The notes beneath the pieces are model-generated. The model saw only the letters and a program-made list of their open reading frames with translations. It was not told the DNA's origin and made no database searches. From assembly GCA_030689285.1 (NCBI GenBank), contig JAUYJM010000009.1, forward strand, positions 1 through 34,920: DNA of 34,920 nt, read 5' to 3'. This DNA comes from a bacterium (GTDB lineage: Bacteria; Patescibacteriota; Minisyncoccia; Phycocordibacterales; GCA-002787175). Position numbers and translations under genes: made by a program. Of the stretch, positions 15,377-24,105 are shown piece after piece (position 1 is the stretch's first letter; each line of letters starts with the position of its first letter).

Positions 15377-15415
15377 TATATTCGTGTCATTCGTTTATAT
15401 TCGTAATTAGTGCTG
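15377..15415 (-). repeat. ACGAAT-word unit (inverted copy) abutting the rpmE start
   Basis: The reverse complement reads cagcactaattacgaatataaacgaatgacacgaatata. Compare 22724-22762, cactaattacgaattagcgcgaatgacacgaata. Confidence 0.65.
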
Positions 15416-15420
15416 TGTTT

Positions 15421-15657
15421 ATGAAAAAAGACATCCATCCAAAGTATTTCACGGACGCAAAAGTTGCCTGCGCTTGCGGCAACCGTTTTTCCGTTGGTTC
15501 TACGGTGGAAAAAATTGAGGTGGAAATCTGCAGCAAATGCCATCCGTTTTTTACGGGAACTGACAAGGTTGTGGACACTGCTGGCCGAGTGGAAAGATTC
15601 AAACAAAAGCAGGCTAAAGCCGGCAAAACAGACAAGAAAAAGCTTAAAACTAAGTGA
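15421..15657 (+). CDS. rpmE: 50S ribosomal protein L31
   Basis: [10 protein letters not shown]...CACGN...[10 protein letters not shown], the canonical zinc-binding L31. The gene ends with TGA. Confidence 0.9.
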   Translation: MKKDIHPKYFTDAKVACACGNRFSVGSTVEKIEVEICSKCHPFFTGTDKVVDTAGRVERFKQKQAKAGKTDKKKLKTK

Positions 15658-15754
15658 AATATTATATATCAATAAACGGCCATTTTACTCAGGCAGTATT
15701 GATTAACGAGTATCAACGCCAAACGGGCACTCAATATTCTTGCCTTTGGTAACT

Positions 15755-16711
15755 ATGGATATAGATATAAAAAAGTACAAAAACAACCCACGAACCGCCT
15801 ATTTGGCTGAAGGACTTGAAAAATTGCTTCGCGAAGAGGATGAGTTGAAAGGACTTTTAAATGAAAGCCCTGAACTTTCCGAACTTTCAAAAAAAGAACT
15901 TGAAACAATCGCCGAGCAGAAAGAAACACTGGTCTCCCAGATGGACGGTATTTTAAAGGAAGAAGAAACCGAAACGGAATTTCCTAAGAATCTTATTTTG
16001 GAAGTCAGGGCGGGGGCGGGCGGCGAAGAGGCGGCGCTTTTCGCTAAAAAACTCGCCTTAATGTATCAAAAATACGCTTTGTCGGTGGGTTGGAGATTTA
16101 AAGTGATTGACGAATCATTGAGTTCTCTTTCGGGATATAAGGAGGCGGTGTTTGAAATATCCGGAAAGGACTCGTTTAAAAAACTTAGATTTGAGACTGG
16201 CGTGCACCGCATACAAAGAGTGCCGGAAACCGAAAAATCCGGACGAATACATACTTCCACCGCTTCGGTTGCGATTTTACCCATAAGGGTAAAAGTGTCA
16301 GTCAGCATAAATCCGGTCGATTTGGAAATAGAATTTTCCCGTTCCGGCGGCGCGGGAGGCCAGAATGTAAACAAAGTGGAAACCGCGGTGCGTATTATCC
16401 ACAAACCCACCGGTATTGACGCCAAATCAACAGCCGAGAGAAGCCAGCTTAAGAACCGCGAAAAAGCCATGGCGGTCCTTTCGGCAAAACTTCAGGCCAA
16501 GAAAGAAGAAGAAGAGGCGAAAAAATTTTCTTTGCAGAGAAAGAATCAGATAGGTACGGGAGACAGGTCGGAGAAAATACGGACTTATAATATTCTTCAG
16601 GATAGGGTGACAGACCATCGCATAAAGGAATCGTGGCATGGAATAGACAAAATCTTTGAGGGCGGGATAGAGCAGATAATGGAAGCGTTGGAGGAAAAAG
16701 CGGGAGAATAA
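15755..16711 (+). CDS. prfA: Peptide chain release factor 1
   Basis: P-E-T tripeptide ([14 protein letters not shown], the PxT type of RF1) and GGQ ([20 protein letters not shown]). The rpmE-prfA neighbourhood is common. Confidence 0.9.
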   Translation: MDIDIKKYKNNPRTAYLAEGLEKLLREEDELKGLLNESPELSELSKKELETIAEQKETLVSQMDGILKEEETETEFPKNLILEVRAGAGGEEAALFAKKLALMYQKYALSVGWRFKVIDESLSSLSGYKEAVFEISGKDSFKKLRFETGVHRIQRVPETEKSGRIHTSTASVAILPIRVKVSVSINPVDLEIEFSRSGGAGGQNVNKVETAVRIIHKPTGIDAKSTAERSQLKNREKAMAVLSAKLQAKKEEEEAKKFSLQRKNQIGTGDRSEKIRTYNILQDRVTDHRIKESWHGIDKIFEGGIEQIMEALEEKAGE

Positions 16712-16775
16712 GAAGCGTGTTAGCCACTGTCGTCAGGTTGTATTTCCCTTGCCTTTATGATATATTTTATTCTCT

Positions 16776-17492
16776 ATGGATATAGAATTACAAAAAGAAA
16801 ACGAGCTTATAGACCAAATGTTTAAGGTAGGCGCGCATTACGGCTTCGGTAAAAGTAGGCGACATCCATCGGCTTCCTCTTTTATATTCGGAATTAAAAA
16901 CCGAGTGGAGATTTTTGATTTGGAAAAAACCAGTATTTTGCTTGAACGAGCGAAGATTTTCGCCAAAGAGCTCGGAAAAGGCGGTAAAACTCTGCTTTTT
17001 GTCGGCAGTAAGCATGAGGCGCAGGATGCTATAGAAAAGGCGGCCAAGCGGTTATCAATGCCTTTCGTCTTTAACCGTTGGATAGGAGGAACTCTTACAA
17101 ATTTTTCCGTAATACGCGGAAGAGTGGAAAAACTTCACAAACTTTTGTCAGAAAAAGAAAAAGGAGAACATTCAAAGTACACGAAAAAGGAGAGGATACT
17201 TATAGACAGGGAAGTGGAAAGACTGGAGAAACTTTTCGGGGGCATTTCAAACATGGCGGCAAAGCCGCATGCCCTTTTTGTCGTCGACCCTAAGCATGAA
17301 TCCACCGCTATTGCTGAAGCAAAAAAAACAGGAATTCCGGTGATTTCCCTCTTGGGCTCCGATTGCGATAAGGGGAGTATAGAGTATCCGATATTTGGCA
17401 ACGACTCGTCTAAATCCAGCATCAGCTTTTTTGCTGAACAGGTAGCTGAAAGCTACGAAAGTGGGAAAACCGCGACGACAAATAACTCATAA
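16776..17492 (+). CDS. rpsB: 30S ribosomal protein S2
   Basis: MFKVGAHYGFGKSRRHPSASSFIFG and the canonical rpsB-tsf gene pair. Confidence 0.9.
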   Translation: MDIELQKENELIDQMFKVGAHYGFGKSRRHPSASSFIFGIKNRVEIFDLEKTSILLERAKIFAKELGKGGKTLLFVGSKHEAQDAIEKAAKRLSMPFVFNRWIGGTLTNFSVIRGRVEKLHKLLSEKEKGEHSKYTKKERILIDREVERLEKLFGGISNMAAKPHALFVVDPKHESTAIAEAKKTGIPVISLLGSDCDKGSIEYPIFGNDSSKSSISFFAEQVAESYESGKTATTNNS

Positions 17493-17562
17493 TAAGGAAG
17501 AAAGTTCTCTTTAATTTAAATTGAAGTTCATTTAGTTTTTAGCTGCTAGCGATAGGTTTTCT

Positions 17563-18150
17563 ATGACAACTACCGAACAAATAAAACAACTCCGCGACCA
17601 GACCGGCATATCCATTATGCAATGCAAAAAGGCGTTGGAAGAGGCCGGCGACGATATGGAAAAGGCCGTGATTCTGCTTCGTAAAAAAGGAGCGGGAGCG
17701 GCGGCCAAAAAAAGCGGCAGAGTCTTGGGTTCGGGAGTGGTTGCCGCGTATATCCACGGAGAAGGTTCGGTGGGAGCGATGGTAGAGTTGGCCTGCGAGA
17801 CGGATTTTGTTTCAAGGAATAGTGAATTTCGCTCTCTTGCGTATGATGTGGCTATGCAGGTGGCGGCTATGAATCCGATATACCTGAAACCTGAAGATAT
17901 TTCCGAAGAGGACAAGAATAGGGCCAAAGAGGTTTTCGCGGAGGAGGTAAAGAACAAGCCGGAAAATATGAGAGAAAAAATTTTGGAAGGCAAACTGGCC
18001 GCCCACTTTAGAGAACAGGTTTTACTTGAGCAGGCGTTTATCAAGGACCAAGATAAAAAAATTCTTGACATTATAGAAGCAGCCGTTCATAAATTTGGAG
18101 AGAAGGTGGAAGTCATAAGATTCTCCAGATTTGAAGTCGGCAAACTATAA
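17563..18150 (+). CDS. tsf: Elongation factor Ts (short form, 195 aa)
   Basis: The UBA-like N-terminus IKQLRDQTGISIMQCKKALEEAGDDMEKAVILLRKKG, plus ELACETDFVSRN. Confidence 0.9.
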   Translation: MTTTEQIKQLRDQTGISIMQCKKALEEAGDDMEKAVILLRKKGAGAAAKKSGRVLGSGVVAAYIHGEGSVGAMVELACETDFVSRNSEFRSLAYDVAMQVAAMNPIYLKPEDISEEDKNRAKEVFAEEVKNKPENMREKILEGKLAAHFREQVLLEQAFIKDQDKKILDIIEAAVHKFGEKVEVIRFSRFEVGKL

Positions 18151-18157
18151 AACCATT

Positions 18158-18535
18158 ATGAATACCGACCTTTGGCTTCTTTTAATTTCAATCGCGGGCA
18201 TTTCGCTTCTCATCTTCTTAAAACATCGGGAAGTTGAAAAAGATATTTCGTACCGTCCGTTTAGACAGGCGCGCCGCTCTCTTGACCGCGCGATTGTAAA
18301 CCTACTTGCATGGGCGGGAATGATATTAAGAGAAATTTTCCATCTTAAGAGGGTTTTCTTGGCAAGCTTCAGCCATAGATACGGGAAACTAGTGTCTCTT
18401 GTGTCTGACAAAATATCCGGGTTTTTAGAGAAATTGCACGAACGATTCAGAAAACGCAAAATGAAGGATAACCAAAATCATCACGGCTCTTTCTTTCTAA
18501 AGCACATTTTGGATCACAAGAAAAACTTGGAGTGA
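18158..18535 (+). CDS. Hypothetical small membrane protein
   Basis: MNTDLWLLLISIAGISLLIFL is a TM segment, followed by a basic tail. No family was recognised. The start at ATG 18158 avoids overlap with tsf. Confidence 0.45.
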   Translation: MNTDLWLLLISIAGISLLIFLKHREVEKDISYRPFRQARRSLDRAIVNLLAWAGMILREIFHLKRVFLASFSHRYGKLVSLVSDKISGFLEKLHERFRKRKMKDNQNHHGSFFLKHILDHKKNLE

Positions 18536-18551
18536 TAACGACTCCAATTGA

Positions 18552-18714
18552 GGGACTGTTGGCGAATAGGCTTTTGAGGTGATTTTTTCAAAATTCGTGC
18601 GAGGCGAAGTTTCAAATTTATGGCTTAATGCTGGAAGTATTGGCCATAAATTTGAAACAAGCCGCAGCCGAATTTTGGGGAAATCAGCCAAAATGGATAT
18701 TCGGCAACAGTCCC
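18552..18714. repeat. 163-bp imperfect palindrome with a perfect 16-bp inner inverted repeat
   Basis: Outer arms are gggactgttggcgaata / tattcggcaacagtccc. Middle arms are caaaattcg / cgaattttg. Inner arms are gtttcaaatttatggc (18609-18624) / gccataaatttgaaac (18643-18658). Confidence 0.8.
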
Positions 18715-18860
18715 ATTAAGCTTCACCGCAATCCCGTGCCTCGTGACGGATTTTGGACTGCCTGCGGAAGCACACAAAATTCGCTATGAGTTTGCTGAAA
18801 AAAGCATAGGTTTGTGGTAAACTCTGGCTGTTAATCGCAGTCAATTTCGTAGCGTTAAAT

Positions 18861-18936
18861 GCCGCCTTAGCTCAGTTGGTAGAGCAACACTTTTGTAAAG
18901 TGAAGGTCCTCGGTTCAAGTCCGAGAGGCGGCTCCA
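18861..18936 (+). tRNA. tRNA-Thr (anticodon UGU), CCA encoded
   Basis: GCCGCCT/AGGCGGC acceptor, GCTCAGTTGGTAGAGC D arm, anticodon loop TTTGTAA, T arm CTCGG-TTCAAGT-CCGAG, then TCCA. Confidence 0.9.
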
Positions 18937-19025
18937 GAATATGATTTTCATACAAAAGACCGACTTTTTAATGGGACGCGCGGAATGTTGGCTTTCACCG
19001 CCTGTTTGTCATAGTATTATGCTGT

Positions 19026-20564
19026 ATGGGAAATTTTCAAAGGACATCATACTTTCACGCTGGCCGGGCTAGCGAACTCCAGTCTGGCGACCGAATCCTC
19101 TATAGGATGCTCGAAATACTTCCCGGAACGCTGTCTTGGGGTACGCTTATTCTGGCTGTTTTACTTTCGTATTTCACGCCTGTATTGGCGGCTATTTTTA
19201 TAATAGCTTTTGATTTGTACTGGCTTTTGAAGACGATTTATCTTTCCGCTCACTTGAGAAGCAGTTGGAGAAGAATGCGCCACCATATGAATTTGGACTG
19301 GGAGAAAATGCTGGAACCCTTTACATATGGGCGCATTTTTCATCTTGTCATTCTGCCTTTTTACGACGAATCGGAAGATGTGGTTGACAAAAGCATACAC
19401 TCACTCCTTTCCTCAAAATACGACACCAAGAAGATAATAGTGGTTTTGGCGAGCGAAGAAAGGGCCGGAGAGGCGGCTAGGCAGACAGGCCGAAAAATGG
19501 CTATAAAATACGGCCAATCTTTTTACAGATTTGCCTTGACTGTCCATCCGAAAAATCTTCCTGGGGAGATGGCCGGCAAGGGTTCAAATATCTCTTTCGC
19601 GGCCAGATATGCCAAAGAGAATATCCTAGACAAAGAAAAAATTCGTTACGAAGACGTACTGGTTTCTGCTTTTGACATTGACACGGCGCCATACCCGCAA
19701 TATTTTTTGTGTCTGACGTGGCACTACTTGACTGCCGAAAGACCTTCTCGTTCTTCATTTCAACCAGTGCCTCTTTATAATAATAATATCTGGGATGCTC
19801 CCGCGATTTCCCGCGTAGCCGCCTTGTCCGCCACTTTTTGGCAGATGATACAGCAGGAAAGGCCTGAAAAGTTGGCGACTTTTTCCTCTCACGCGCTTTC
19901 TTTCCGTGCCCTTTATGACATCGGCTTTTGGCAGAAGAATATTGTATCGGAGGACTCCAGAATTTTCTGGAACGCCCTTCTTGCTTTTGACGGCGATTAT
20001 CGCGTGGTGCCGATTTCCTACCCTGTGTCCATGGATGCCAATCTGGCGCCGACTTTATGGCAAACCGTAAAAAATATTTACAAACAGCAACGCAGGTGGA
20101 CTTGGGGAGTAGAAAATGTGCCGTATTTGCTGTTTGGATTTTTGAAAAACAAAAAAATTCCCAAACTTCTGCGTTTTCGCCTGGGCTTCGTCCAACTTGA
20201 AGGGTTCTGGTCTTTAGCCACAAACCCGCTCATCATTTTTCTTTTAGGCTGGATGCCCCTTATTTTAGGAGGAGAAGAATTTAACGCCACCGTGCTTTCT
20301 TATAATCTGCCTCTTATAACGAGAAACATAATGACTCTGGCTATGGTAGGACTTGTGGTATCGGCTCTCATCTCATGGAGTTTTCTACCCAAGAGGCCGG
20401 CTCATTATGGCAAGAAACGGGTTGTCTATATGGCTCTGCAGTGGGTTTTGGTGCCGATAATGCTTGTGTTCTTCGGATCCATACCCGGACTTGATTCGCA
20501 AACACGGCTTATGTTCGGCAAGTATATGGGATTTTGGGTGACGCCTAAACACCGTAAGTCTTGA
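19026..20564 (+). CDS. Integral-membrane processive family-2 glycosyltransferase (cellulose/chitin-synthase-like)
   Basis: 512 aa with multiple TM segments. GT-A core features are ILPFYDES, AGKGSNISF and the SAFDID D-x-D region, plus the Q-x-x-R-W motif (QQRRWTWG). Confidence 0.7.
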   Translation: MGNFQRTSYFHAGRASELQSGDRILYRMLEILPGTLSWGTLILAVLLSYFTPVLAAIFIIAFDLYWLLKTIYLSAHLRSSWRRMRHHMNLDWEKMLEPFTYGRIFHLVILPFYDESEDVVDKSIHSLLSSKYDTKKIIVVLASEERAGEAARQTGRKMAIKYGQSFYRFALTVHPKNLPGEMAGKGSNISFAARYAKENILDKEKIRYEDVLVSAFDIDTAPYPQYFLCLTWHYLTAERPSRSSFQPVPLYNNNIWDAPAISRVAALSATFWQMIQQERPEKLATFSSHALSFRALYDIGFWQKNIVSEDSRIFWNALLAFDGDYRVVPISYPVSMDANLAPTLWQTVKNIYKQQRRWTWGVENVPYLLFGFLKNKKIPKLLRFRLGFVQLEGFWSLATNPLIIFLLGWMPLILGGEEFNATVLSYNLPLITRNIMTLAMVGLVVSALISWSFLPKRPAHYGKKRVVYMALQWVLVPIMLVFFGSIPGLDSQTRLMFGKYMGFWVTPKHRKS

Positions 20565-20585
20565 AGGAAGGAAAAAAGGATGAGA

Positions 20586-20975
20586 GAATTTACAATTTTC
20601 AATTTTGCAATCCCAGTACCAAAGAAATATGAATTTCTTGCTACGGGACAGGTTTTCAATGAATTTTATTGTCTTAATGACGAATTTCCAATGACAAATG
20701 ACAAATCAATGACCAATGAGATTTAATGACAAATGATTGGTTTCCAACTCTAATCGTATTTACGTTTAGCTATGGCTGAAAATATCAGCTTTACAAAAAA
20801 TAATTATTTCCACGCCACATTTTCCCGTTCTTTCTGATAAGTCGTAATTCATTTTGTCATTTTGATTTTGACATTGATTTGTCATTGGAAATTTGTCATT
20901 TGAAATTGACTCGTCATTGCCTGCCCCGTGAGAGCGAATCGATTTTACGGGGAAAATTGTAAAATTGAAATTTTT
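20586..20975. repeat. ~390-bp nested imperfect inverted repeat (MITE-like) filling the GT2 / PEGA intergenic region
   Basis: Outer arms are the aaaattg words at 20586-20612 (inverted) and 20951-20975. Next arms are ctacgggacagg (20641) versus cctgccccgtgag (20919). Inner arms are the TGACAAAT words at 20676-20735 versus 20851-20925 (aatttccaatgacaaat...caatgac). Confidence 0.65.
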
Positions 20976-21005
20976 TTGCCGTCCATTCCACCTTTTCCGG
21001 ATTTG

Positions 21006-21899
21006 ATGTATGATTTGTTTATGAAGCCCTTGTCTCGCCGCAAACGCTACGCATATCTGGTCTTTTGTTACGCGCTTTTTTTGATTCTTATACCGGTAAT
21101 AGTCCTTTACGCGGAAGGATATAGGATTGTCCCGGGGCCTTCGCTTGTAAAAACAGGAGGCATTTACATTTACGAAACGACAAACGGCGCCTCTATATTT
21201 ATAGACAATAAAAAAACGGCCAGACTTTCGGCTTTGTCTGACAACTTCTTCATTCAACGGCTTATTCCGGGAATTTACAATGTTAGAGTGCAAAAAGACG
21301 GATTTTTCCCCTGGGAAAAGGAAATAGCGGTTTATGACGGCAGAGTGTCCGAGAACGCTTCCTTTCTTCTTCCTGAAAAGATTTATTTTACAAACATTTC
21401 GGCTACATCAACACTGCGAGCGGAAGAATCTATAAAACTGGTGCAGGAAGCCGAGGTTCTTTTTTCTGAAAAAGACACAACCAATCTCTTGACGAACGGC
21501 CAAGTCCTGTTGCTTGAAAACTTAAGTCGGAAAGTGTTTACTGTAGTCTATTCTGAAAAGAACGACATATTTTTAGTGGGAGGGAAAGAAAAAACTCTTG
21601 AGGTGCTTTGGAGAGGTTCCGGCAGATTGCCTTATTTTTTCTGCTTATACGATATGTGCTCCGATAGTTTTAGCGCTTTTTATCTGGACCAAAAAATTCT
21701 TGACGCGGATTTTTATCCAAAAAGGGAAGATGTGTCAGTTATCCGATTGACGGATGGTATTTATGTGGCAGAATTGGACAGAACTCCGCTTCAACATATA
21801 AGAATGATTTACGAGGGCGAGAATTTGGATTTTCGTCTCTCTGATAATAGAATATATGTAAAGGATGGCAAATACATATACACGGCGCCATTGCCTTAA
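21006..21899 (+). CDS. PEGA-domain membrane protein
   Basis: TM segment (YAYLVFCYALFLILIPVIVLY), then ASIFIDNKKT...LIPGIYNVRVQKDGFFPWEKEIAVYDG, which resembles a PEGA domain. The start was chosen outside the repeat. Confidence 0.6.
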   Translation: MYDLFMKPLSRRKRYAYLVFCYALFLILIPVIVLYAEGYRIVPGPSLVKTGGIYIYETTNGASIFIDNKKTARLSALSDNFFIQRLIPGIYNVRVQKDGFFPWEKEIAVYDGRVSENASFLLPEKIYFTNISATSTLRAEESIKLVQEAEVLFSEKDTTNLLTNGQVLLLENLSRKVFTVVYSEKNDIFLVGGKEKTLEVLWRGSGRLPYFFCLYDMCSDSFSAFYLDQKILDADFYPKREDVSVIRLTDGIYVAELDRTPLQHIRMIYEGENLDFRLSDNRIYVKDGKYIYTAPLP

Positions 21900-21902
21900 G
21901 TT

Positions 21903-22718
21903 ATGGTTGATTTTCAATCAAAAGGAAAGATACATCCTATAGAGAGGGCTATATATGATAGTCGAGCTATCTTTAAACGACTCGGCTTTGATGTTGCAAT
22001 CGGACCGGAAATGGAAGATGAGTGGCATAACTTTGACGCGCTTAACATTCCAAAAGAGCATCCGGCTAGAGATATGCAGGACACTTTTTGGCTGAAACAG
22101 CCAAAAAGTGAATCCTTAATCGTCAATCCTTCATCCTTAAATGAAGAACCAAAAAGTGAACCAGAGGTAGATTCTTTGAGTAAAGGATTAAAGATTAAGG
22201 ATAAAGGATTATTATTAAGAACTCATACAAGTCCTGTTCAGATACGTTATATTGAACAGAAATTGAAAGAAGGCATAGATCCGCCATATAAAATAATAGC
22301 GCCGGGAAAAATTTTTAGAAACGAGGCTACTGACGCGACTCATGAGGCGCAGTTTTTTCAGATTGAAGGGCTTTACGTAAATAAAAAAGTCAATATGGCA
22401 GAGCTTAAGGGCACACTGCTTTACTTTTTGAAGGAATTTTTCGGTGATGAAGAAATTGAGGTCAGGTTTCGGCCAAGCTTTTTTGCTTTTACGGAACCGT
22501 CCGCGGAAGTGGATATGCACTCTAAGGATAAGTGGCTTGAAATGGGGGGAGCCGGACTGGTCCACCCCAATGTTTTGAAAAACGCCGGACTCGGCGGCGA
22601 TAAGTACCAAGGATTCGCCTTCGGTATGGGGCTTGACCGGCTGGTGATGCTCAAGTACGGCATACCGGATGTCAGGATGTTTTATAACGGCGACTTGAGG
22701 CTGGTGAATCAGTTTTAA
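21903..22718 (+). CDS. pheS: Phenylalanine--tRNA ligase alpha subunit (minimal form lacking the N-terminal coiled coil)
   Basis: HPIERAI, HNFDALNIPKEHPARDMQDTFW, LLRTHTSPVQIRY, FRNEATDATHEAQFFQIEG and GFAFGMGLDRLVML. Confidence 0.9.
   Translation: MVDFQSKGKIHPIERAIYDSRAIFKRLGFDVAIGPEMEDEWHNFDALNIPKEHPARDMQDTFWLKQPKSESLIVNPSSLNEEPKSEPEVDSLSKGLKIKDKGLLLRTHTSPVQIRYIEQKLKEGIDPPYKIIAPGKIFRNEATDATHEAQFFQIEGLYVNKKVNMAELKGTLLYFLKEFFGDEEIEVRFRPSFFAFTEPSAEVDMHSKDKWLEMGGAGLVHPNVLKNAGLGGDKYQGFAFGMGLDRLVMLKYGIPDVRMFYNGDLRLVNQF
22084..22210 (+). repeat. Palindromic element embedded in-frame in pheS, homologous to the lepA element
   Basis: 22084-22108 has a perfect 11-bp stem (ctttttggctg/cagccaaaaag). 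The stretches caatccttcatccttaa and aaggattaaagattaaggataaaggatta are near-identical to lepA 6847-6863 and 6882-6910. They are read in the same frame (NPSSL ... GLKIKDKGL). The DTFW to LLRTHTS spacing is 39 aa versus 4 aa in E. coli PheS. Confidence 0.7.
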
Positions 22719-22830
22719 TACACGACACTAATTACGAATTAGCGCGAATGACACGAATACGGCTTTGCCTGAACACGACACTAATACACGAATGGTAACG
22801 AATAACACGAATTGTTGGCTACTAATATAA
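22719..22830 (+). repeat. Two tandem ACGAAT-word units directly after the pheS stop
   Basis: acacgacactaattacgaattagcgcgaatgacacgaatacgg, then ctttgcctga, then acacgacactaatacacgaatggtaacgaataacacgaattg. Confidence 0.75.
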
Positions 22831-22831
22831 T

Positions 22832-23341
22832 ATGGCGCCAATTCAACACATGTCTACGGGTAATATAAAAAATATGAAAAACCATATTGACCGCATGCAA
22901 ACAAAACGAATATCAAATTTGGATTTAACCAAAAAATGTCCGCGTAGTCCGAAGGCGCGGTTGGCTAATTTTGTAATTCTCGCGCGAATGATAGACAAGT
23001 GCGGGGCATCTTTGGCCGGTACAATAGGTGAATATGAGTTTGGTTGCGAACTGGATAGATTTCTTTTGGACTGGAAAGGTATTTCTGTTTCCGCGTTTGA
23101 AGAATACGTCAGAGAAGGACACACAGAGGATGATGTCGTAAAGTGGGTGAAGAGTACCGGAATTCCAAAGGCCGATGGCGAAATAGCGGAGTGGTCTAAC
23201 AAAATGGAAACGTATAAGTACGACAATGACGAGGAAGGAAGAGAGTGGCTAAATGGCGGAATAGCAGAGCTTGGCCTTAGCCCAAAGGCCACACTTTTTG
23301 ACTATCTTGAAGCCGATGACGCGTCAAGTTTCAGTAAATAG
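22832..23341 (+). CDS. DUF5069-like protein
   Basis: LDLTKKCPRSPKARLANFVILARMIDKCGASLAGTIGEYEFGC resembles the DUF5069 signature as recalled (PRSP...L.G...L.RMIDK.RA...G..GEY). Several in-frame ATGs (22832, 22850, 22874, 22895) are possible starts. Confidence 0.55.
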   Translation: MAPIQHMSTGNIKNMKNHIDRMQTKRISNLDLTKKCPRSPKARLANFVILARMIDKCGASLAGTIGEYEFGCELDRFLLDWKGISVSAFEEYVREGHTEDDVVKWVKSTGIPKADGEIAEWSNKMETYKYDNDEEGREWLNGGIAELGLSPKATLFDYLEADDASSFSK

Positions 23342-23449
23342 ATAACAAGGGAAACTGGAGGCATTACGGACGATGATTTCGGAGGTACCGCAATTTTCTG
23401 CACCGATCCGGATGGCATGAAAGTGGAAGTTCGCTTAAAAAGAGAATGA
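23342..23449 (+). pseudogene. Start-less remnant of a VOC/glyoxalase-family C-terminus
   Basis: An open frame with no start codon reads ITRETGGITDDDFGGTAIFCTDPDGMKVEVRLKRE*. The F-x-DPDG-x-x-x-E ending is typical of VOC proteins. Its TGA overlaps the next gene's start as ATGA. Confidence 0.3.
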
Positions 23450-23988
23450 CAAAATCCGACAACAACTTTGCATATATTGACGGAGCCAATCTGCACAACG
23501 GCATGAGGTCTTTTGATTTGGATCTTGATTATGCTCGGTTTCGCGTATGGTTGAAAGATAAGTACAGTATACAAAAAGCGTATATATTCATAGGGCTTAT
23601 ACCAAAATATAAAGTTCTTTATAAATATCTGCAAGAAGCAGGATTTACTTTAATATTTAAGGAGGTTGTATATGATGGAGAAGGAAAACCAAAAGGTAAT
23701 TGCGACGCGGATTTGGTGCTTCAGACCGTATGTGATACTTACGAGAATAAATTTGAAAAATGTGTAATAGTATCCAGCGAAGGGGATTATGCGGGTCTTA
23801 TTGCGTTTCTTGTAAAGCGTAATAAGTGTTTAGCGGTACTTTCCCCTCACATAGAAAAGAAATGTTCTGTTTTGATAAAAAGAACCGGAGTTTGTATCGC
23901 TTATATAAAAGACAAGGAAGGTGTTTTAAAAGTGCAAAAAGAAAAAGCCCCCGGTGAGGACAAAACCTCACAAGGGTCTTTTTCGTAG
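23446..23988 (+). CDS. NYN-domain (LabA/DUF88-like, PIN-related) putative ribonuclease
   Basis: NFAYIDGANLHNG, then GNCDADLVLQTV, then VIVSSEGDYAGLIAFL. This is the acidic-residue pattern of the NYN domain. Confidence 0.7.
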   Translation: MTKSDNNFAYIDGANLHNGMRSFDLDLDYARFRVWLKDKYSIQKAYIFIGLIPKYKVLYKYLQEAGFTLIFKEVVYDGEGKPKGNCDADLVLQTVCDTYENKFEKCVIVSSEGDYAGLIAFLVKRNKCLAVLSPHIEKKCSVLIKRTGVCIAYIKDKEGVLKVQKEKAPGEDKTSQGSFS

Positions 23989-24038
23989 GAATGATAATAT
24001 AATATCAGAAGAAGAGTGAAAGTCAAATGAAGGTGGAT

Positions 24039-24105
24039 ACGCTTAACGAATAGCGCACACGAATTAGGGACAATTAGAGTTCTTAAATTAGGGATTGATT
24101 AGAGA
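24039..24105 (+). repeat. ACGAAT words plus a direct repeat of aattaggga-N-attagag, ending at the pheT ATG
   Basis: The first part is acgcttaacgaatagcgcacacgaatt. The direct repeat is aattagggacaattagag (24062-24079) and aattagggattgattagag (24086-24104). Confidence 0.6.

Noticed and set aside
15755-16711. RF2 with programmed +1 frameshift, or an alternative genetic code.
   Set aside because: The protein has the RF1-type P-x-T motif (PET) and one uninterrupted frame. TGA is used as a genuine stop for rpmE (15655-15657) and pheT (26040-26042), so the code is standard.
17532-18071. A 179-aa ORF antisense to tsf. Similar antisense ORFs occur at 24998-25522 (pheT), 26210-26668 (gyrB), 30661-31023 and 31324-31737 (dnaE), and 20766-21293.
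   Set aside because: All are antisense to strongly supported conserved genes, or span repeat DNA. Their products are low-complexity with no recognisable motifs.
22719-22830. Possible CRISPR array (also considered for 6409-6463 and 20676-20735).
   Set aside because: The repeats are 6-8-nt words or roughly 40-nt units without regularly spaced unique spacers of 25-40 nt, and no cas genes are present.
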